Shown: piece after piece, positions 60,262 to 64,000 of the stretch
How positions within the stretch are numbered: position 1 is the first letter of the stretch
How the letters are laid out: every line of letters begins with the position of its first letter
Assembly (NCBI GenBank): GCA_965262915.1
Contig: OZ253564.1
Span: 2,912,001 to 2,976,000, forward strand
DNA length: 64,000 bases
Origin: Candidatus Spongiisociaceae bacterium
GTDB lineage: Bacteria; Actinomycetota; Acidimicrobiia; Spongiisociales; Spongiisociaceae
Direction of reading: 5' to 3'
Position numbers and translations under genes: made by a program
Notes under the pieces: model-generated
The model's database searches: none
Seen by the model: the letters and a program-made list of their open reading frames with translations, nothing else
What the model was told of the DNA's origin: nothing

Positions 60262-61863
60262 ATGAGGCGCTTGGCGGTGGTACCGAGTTCCGTCCTGGTT
60301 CTGATGATGTCGTGCTCGGGCGCCGCCGTCTCGGAGAAAACTACCTCCTCCGTTGCTACCACGGCCATCTCGACTACCGCCGACGTGTCCCGATCCATGG
60401 CCCTCGTACCCTCGACGACGACCACTACGACGACGACCACGATCCCCACCATTTCGACGACCTCGACAACCATGGCGACGACCACCACCGACCCGCCCCG
60501 GAACTGCACGCCCGTGGAGCCGCCCACCCTGCATCTGCCTGATGCGGATCCCGCTCCCGCCACGGTCGAACTGTCGGAGATGGTTTACACGTGCGCTGTC
60601 GAAGTCGGAGTGGCTCCGGCCGACGATCCGGCTGCGGCGGCCACCCTGGCAGCGACCGGGATCGACGGTCCGCTCCTACTGGTCGGAGAGGAGTTCGACA
60701 GCGGCGTGATGGGCGAAATCGGGCGCTTGGCCCCCGAGAAGGTCGTCGCAGCCGGCTTCGATGAAGACGAGTTGGCCCCCCTCGCCGACTTCGAGGTGAC
60801 CGTTCTCGAGGTCGATGCCGATGCGTCCCCGTTGCCCGATCCCGGTGCCTACCAGCGCATCTGGATGGTCGCCCCTGGCGAACTGGTGGCGCCCCTGGCG
60901 GTCATCGCCGCCGATCTGGGCATCGGCCTGATCGTCGCCGAACCCGACTTTCGGGCCTTGCCGGCCAGCACGCGGAACCTGATCTCGGAAGCCGATCGGA
61001 TCGACCTGCTCACGGAATGGGACGAGGAGGTGGCTTGGCAGTTGGAGGTCGTGCGCAAGGGTGACGAGATCCCGGGTGGTGGGCAGGTGATGTTTGACGG
61101 CGATGTGATGCGACGTCTCGTGGCCTTCTATGGTCATCCCTCGACCTCCCGTCTCGGAGTGTTGGGGGAACAGAACCCGGAGCGCGGGATCCTTCGGCTG
61201 AGCGAGGTGGCGGCCGATTACGCGGCGGACGGGGCAACGATCCTGCCCACCTTCGAGATCATCGCCACGGTGGCCTCGGCCGGTCCCGGACGGGACGGCG
61301 ACTACTCGGCCGAGACCGACCGGGAGGTGATCCGGCCTTGGATCGAATCTGCCTCCGAGAACGACATCTACGTGGTACTGGACCTGCAGCCGGGCCGCAC
61401 CGACTTTCTCACCCAGGCCAAGATCTACGAGGAATTCCTCCGCCTGCCTCATGTCGGTCTGGCACTGGATCCCGAGTGGAGGCTCAAGCCGAACCAGGTC
61501 CATCTGCAACAGATCGGCACCGTCGATGCGTCCGAGGTCAACCAGGTGGTCCGCTGGCTGGCGGGAGTCGTCAGGGAGGAGGCGCTGCCCCAGAAGCTTC
61601 TGATAGTGCACCAGTTCAGGTTCTCGATGATCACCAACCGCGAACTGATTGAGACGCCACCCGAGTTGGCGGTTGTGATCCAGATGGACGGGCAGGGTGG
61701 CCTCGGGGCCAAGTACAACACCTGGGGAACCCTCACCAGAGGTACGGAGGACCTGGGTTTCCGGTGGGGTTGGAAGAACTTCTACGACGAGGACTTCCCG
61801 ACCCCCACCCCGGCACAGGTGCTGGATCTCACGCCGGTACCGGTGTTCGTGTCCTACCAGTGA
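60262..61863 (+). CDS. Putative lipoprotein: Thr-rich linker, cell-wall-binding-like region, uncharacterised C-terminal domain
   Basis: MRRLAVV...MMSC signal; poly-Thr; GPLLLV; VAFYGHP, VVLDLQPGR, HVGLALDPEWR, GWKNFYDED. Confidence 0.75.
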   Translation: MRRLAVVPSSVLVLMMSCSGAAVSEKTTSSVATTAISTTADVSRSMALVPSTTTTTTTTTIPTISTTSTTMATTTTDPPRNCTPVEPPTLHLPDADPAPATVELSEMVYTCAVEVGVAPADDPAAAATLAATGIDGPLLLVGEEFDSGVMGEIGRLAPEKVVAAGFDEDELAPLADFEVTVLEVDADASPLPDPGAYQRIWMVAPGELVAPLAVIAADLGIGLIVAEPDFRALPASTRNLISEADRIDLLTEWDEEVAWQLEVVRKGDEIPGGGQVMFDGDVMRRLVAFYGHPSTSRLGVLGEQNPERGILRLSEVAADYAADGATILPTFEIIATVASAGPGRDGDYSAETDREVIRPWIESASENDIYVVLDLQPGRTDFLTQAKIYEEFLRLPHVGLALDPEWRLKPNQVHLQQIGTVDASEVNQVVRWLAGVVREEALPQKLLIVHQFRFSMITNRELIETPPELAVVIQMDGQGGLGAKYNTWGTLTRGTEDLGFRWGWKNFYDEDFPTPTPAQVLDLTPVPVFVSYQ

Positions 61864-61913
61864 ACCCCTCGGTGGCATGATGGCGGCGTACAGCGTGGTG
61901 GATGGCGTCGGGG

Positions 61914-61995
61914 TGCGGGTGGAGGGACTCGAACCCCCACGGGCATTGCCCACCAGGACCTAAACCTGGCGCGTCTACCTTTCCGCCACACCCGC
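61914..61995 (-). tRNA. tRNA-Leu(TAG)
   Basis: GCGGGTGTGGCGGAA...CCAGG-TTTAGGT-CCTGG, long variable arm, GGTTCGAGTCC. Confidence 0.95.
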
Positions 61996-62034
61996 CGACC
62001 GGGACGGTCTGGCCGGAAGGTAGCCGTCCCGAAG

Positions 62035-62082
62035 GGTGGGTTGCCCGGGACTCGAACCCGGAACCTGCGGATAGAAGTCCGG
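62035..62082 (-). other. 3' half of a tRNA (probably Lys), candidate att site of a further island
   Basis: TCCGC-AGGTT-CCGGG-TTCGAGT-CCCGG-GCAACCC-ACC with a degenerate anticodon loop; no D-arm or 5' acceptor strand. Confidence 0.7.
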
Positions 62083-62505
62083 ATACCGGCGTAACGGCCT
62101 CTTCTGGTTATACGTCCCACAGTTCAGCCTACAGTAGGCACGGGATGGTCCTCGGGCGCCCGCCACCAGGCTACCAGCCCGAAGACGGTCAAGTAGGTCC
62201 AGGGTTGTGCTTCCGAGGTGATCACCGACCGCGGCGCCCACAGCCTCGCCGGCGGCTCCGAACTGCAGCCCGCGGCGGACACCACCTACTACGTGGTCGT
62301 GCGCGGAATGCCCGACCTGGCATCGGGCACCTACGGCATTCTCGTCAGCGACACGACACCGGCCGCCGAGAATGATCGTCAACGCCCCAAGCGTACCCAC
62401 AACGCCCATCTCGCTCGTCACCCAGTATGAGCCAAATGACGATTACGACTGGAAGTCCGATGCCAGTGCCTACTTCTTCTATAGCTCTGAATATTGAGTG
62501 AGGGT

Positions 62506-62613
62506 TTAGGAGGGTGCTCCAAAAACGGTGGGAAGTAATGGCCCGTCTTCCTCTGAACAGGCATTATGTCATCGGTCGACGGGCCGTGAAGGGGTTTTAC
62601 ACCACCCTCCTAG
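62506..62613 (+). repeat. Family B MITE-like repeat
   Basis: TTAGGAGGGTG...CACCACCCTCCTAG; near-identical to 45813-45919. Confidence 0.88.
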
Positions 62614-63782
62614 TGTCCTGATTCCTTAGTTTCTTTGCCATATGCTGCTAGAATATGCAGGTCAGTAGCAGTCAGTAGTGGGAGCAGCGTATGGAGAAGC
62701 AGCGGGGTCGTAAAGCAGTGGTTATCGAGCTGGATGAAGAGGAACGCCAGACGCTCGAGCGGTGGATACGGCGGCGTAGCACCGCACAAGGGTTAGCGAT
62801 GCGGTCTCGTATCGTGCTGGGAGCGGCCGAAGGCCGCACCAATGTGGACATCGCAGCGGAGGTGGGCTGCAGCGGGGTTACGGTCTCGAAGTGGCGGAAC
62901 CGTTTCGCCCGGCGCCGTCTCGACGGCCTCTACGACAATCCCCGCCCCGGGCCGCCCCGCCGCATCGACGACGCCAAGGTAGAAGAAGTGGTGGTCAAGA
63001 CGCTGGAGGAAACACCGAGAGACGCGACGCACTGGTCGACCCGGTCCATGGCGAGGGCCGTCGGCCTGTCCCAGTCGTCGATCCTAAGAATATGGCGGGC
63101 GTTCGGTCTCAAGCCGCACCGGACCGAGCATTTCAAGATATCTCCCGACCCCCAGTTCGTGGAAAAGGTCCGCGACCTGGCGGGTTTGTACCTGAACCCG
63201 CCCGACGCGGCGGTGGTGCTGTGTGTGGACCACAAATCCCAGATACAGGCCCTCGACCGCACCGCGCCGATCCTGCCCCTGTTGCCCGGAACCCCCCAGC
63301 GGCGCACCCACGACTACCGCCGGTACGGCACCACCAACCTCCACGCCGCGCTCGACACGGCCACCGGCCGGGTCATCACCTCCATGACACGACGCAACCG
63401 CACCCAAGAATTCCAGACGTTCCTAAACCTCATCAACCGCGAAGTCCCACCAGAACTCGACGTCCATGTCGTGTTGGACAACGCGTCGCCCCACAAAACA
63501 GAGCCCATAGGGCGCTGGCTGCAACGCCATCCACGGTTCACGTTCCATTTCACACCCACCTACGCGTCGTGGATGAACCTCGTCGAGCGATGGTTCTCCG
63601 AACTCACCACCAAACAGATACGCCGAGGCACCCACCGATCCGTAGCCGAACTCACCGACGCCATCAACCAATGGACCCAACACTGGAACCAAAACCCCAA
63701 ACCCTTCATCTGGCACAAAACCGCCGACCAAATCTTCGACAACCTCACCAACTATCTACAACGAATCCCCGAATCAGGACAC
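62613..63782 (+). mobile_element. IS630-family insertion sequence (1170 bp)
   Basis: TIR GTGTCCTGATTC...GAATCAGGACAC; TA duplication within CTAG on both sides. Confidence 0.93.
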
Positions 63783-63785
63783 TAG
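62691..63785 (+). CDS. IS630 transposase
   Basis: HTH, PRPGPP, THWSTR, VDHKSQIQAL, VLDNASPH, SWMNLVERWF. Confidence 0.96.
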   Translation: MEKQRGRKAVVIELDEEERQTLERWIRRRSTAQGLAMRSRIVLGAAEGRTNVDIAAEVGCSGVTVSKWRNRFARRRLDGLYDNPRPGPPRRIDDAKVEEVVVKTLEETPRDATHWSTRSMARAVGLSQSSILRIWRAFGLKPHRTEHFKISPDPQFVEKVRDLAGLYLNPPDAAVVLCVDHKSQIQALDRTAPILPLLPGTPQRRTHDYRRYGTTNLHAALDTATGRVITSMTRRNRTQEFQTFLNLINREVPPELDVHVVLDNASPHKTEPIGRWLQRHPRFTFHFTPTYASWMNLVERWFSELTTKQIRRGTHRSVAELTDAINQWTQHWNQNPKPFIWHKTADQIFDNLTNYLQRIPESGH

Positions 63786-64000
63786 GTACCTGAATCGTTG
63801 TATATGGCGCTGGTGACCAACAGCGGGCTCGCGCCAACCTATCACCGGGGAACACCGTCCTTCGCCACTTGATTTTGAGGCTACATAGCGACAGAATCGG
63901 CTGTCAACTGGGTTTGCCCCTTCATTTCCTGACCGGTTAGAGAGTTCAGCAGCGGCCGATACGACCGAGTGGGGATCAGCCAACAGCGGTAGTGAGCCGC

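Noticed and set aside
62035-62130. Intact or intron-containing tRNA
   Set aside because: No D-arm or complementary 5' acceptor strand nearby; treated as a 3' fragment.

Overview
High-GC actinobacterial chromosome segment, most likely Acidimicrobiia (inferred from gene content and order, not from a search). The backbone is housekeeping and mostly on the minus strand: recO-era-CBS/CorC-ybeY-7TM/HD-phoH-dnaJ-hrcA, rpsT, holA-SDR-comEC-comEA, an ABC-2 transporter, leuS, rsfS-nadD, trkAH, proB-obgE-rpmA-rplU-rne, rodA-mrdA-mreDCB, ndk-folC-valS-clpX-clpP-tig, and six tRNAs. The main feature is an 11.8-kb tail-less, capsid-encoding phage-satellite-like element (13452-25260). It carries an integrase, AlpA, a helicase with an iteron origin, HNH, TerL, an HK97-type capsid, a two-domain prohead protease, a head-tail connector, a portal and a Zn-finger/Myb-like regulator. 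It is integrated inside comEC at a 14-bp core encoding the H-P-H-H part of the HxHxDH metal-binding motif, so precise excision would restore the frame. Also present: an ISL3 inside the element, an IS630, three families of short inverted-repeat elements (one copy in-frame within comEC), and a 3' tRNA fragment that probably marks the edge of a second island running off the right end. All calls are from reading motifs by eye; no database searches were run.
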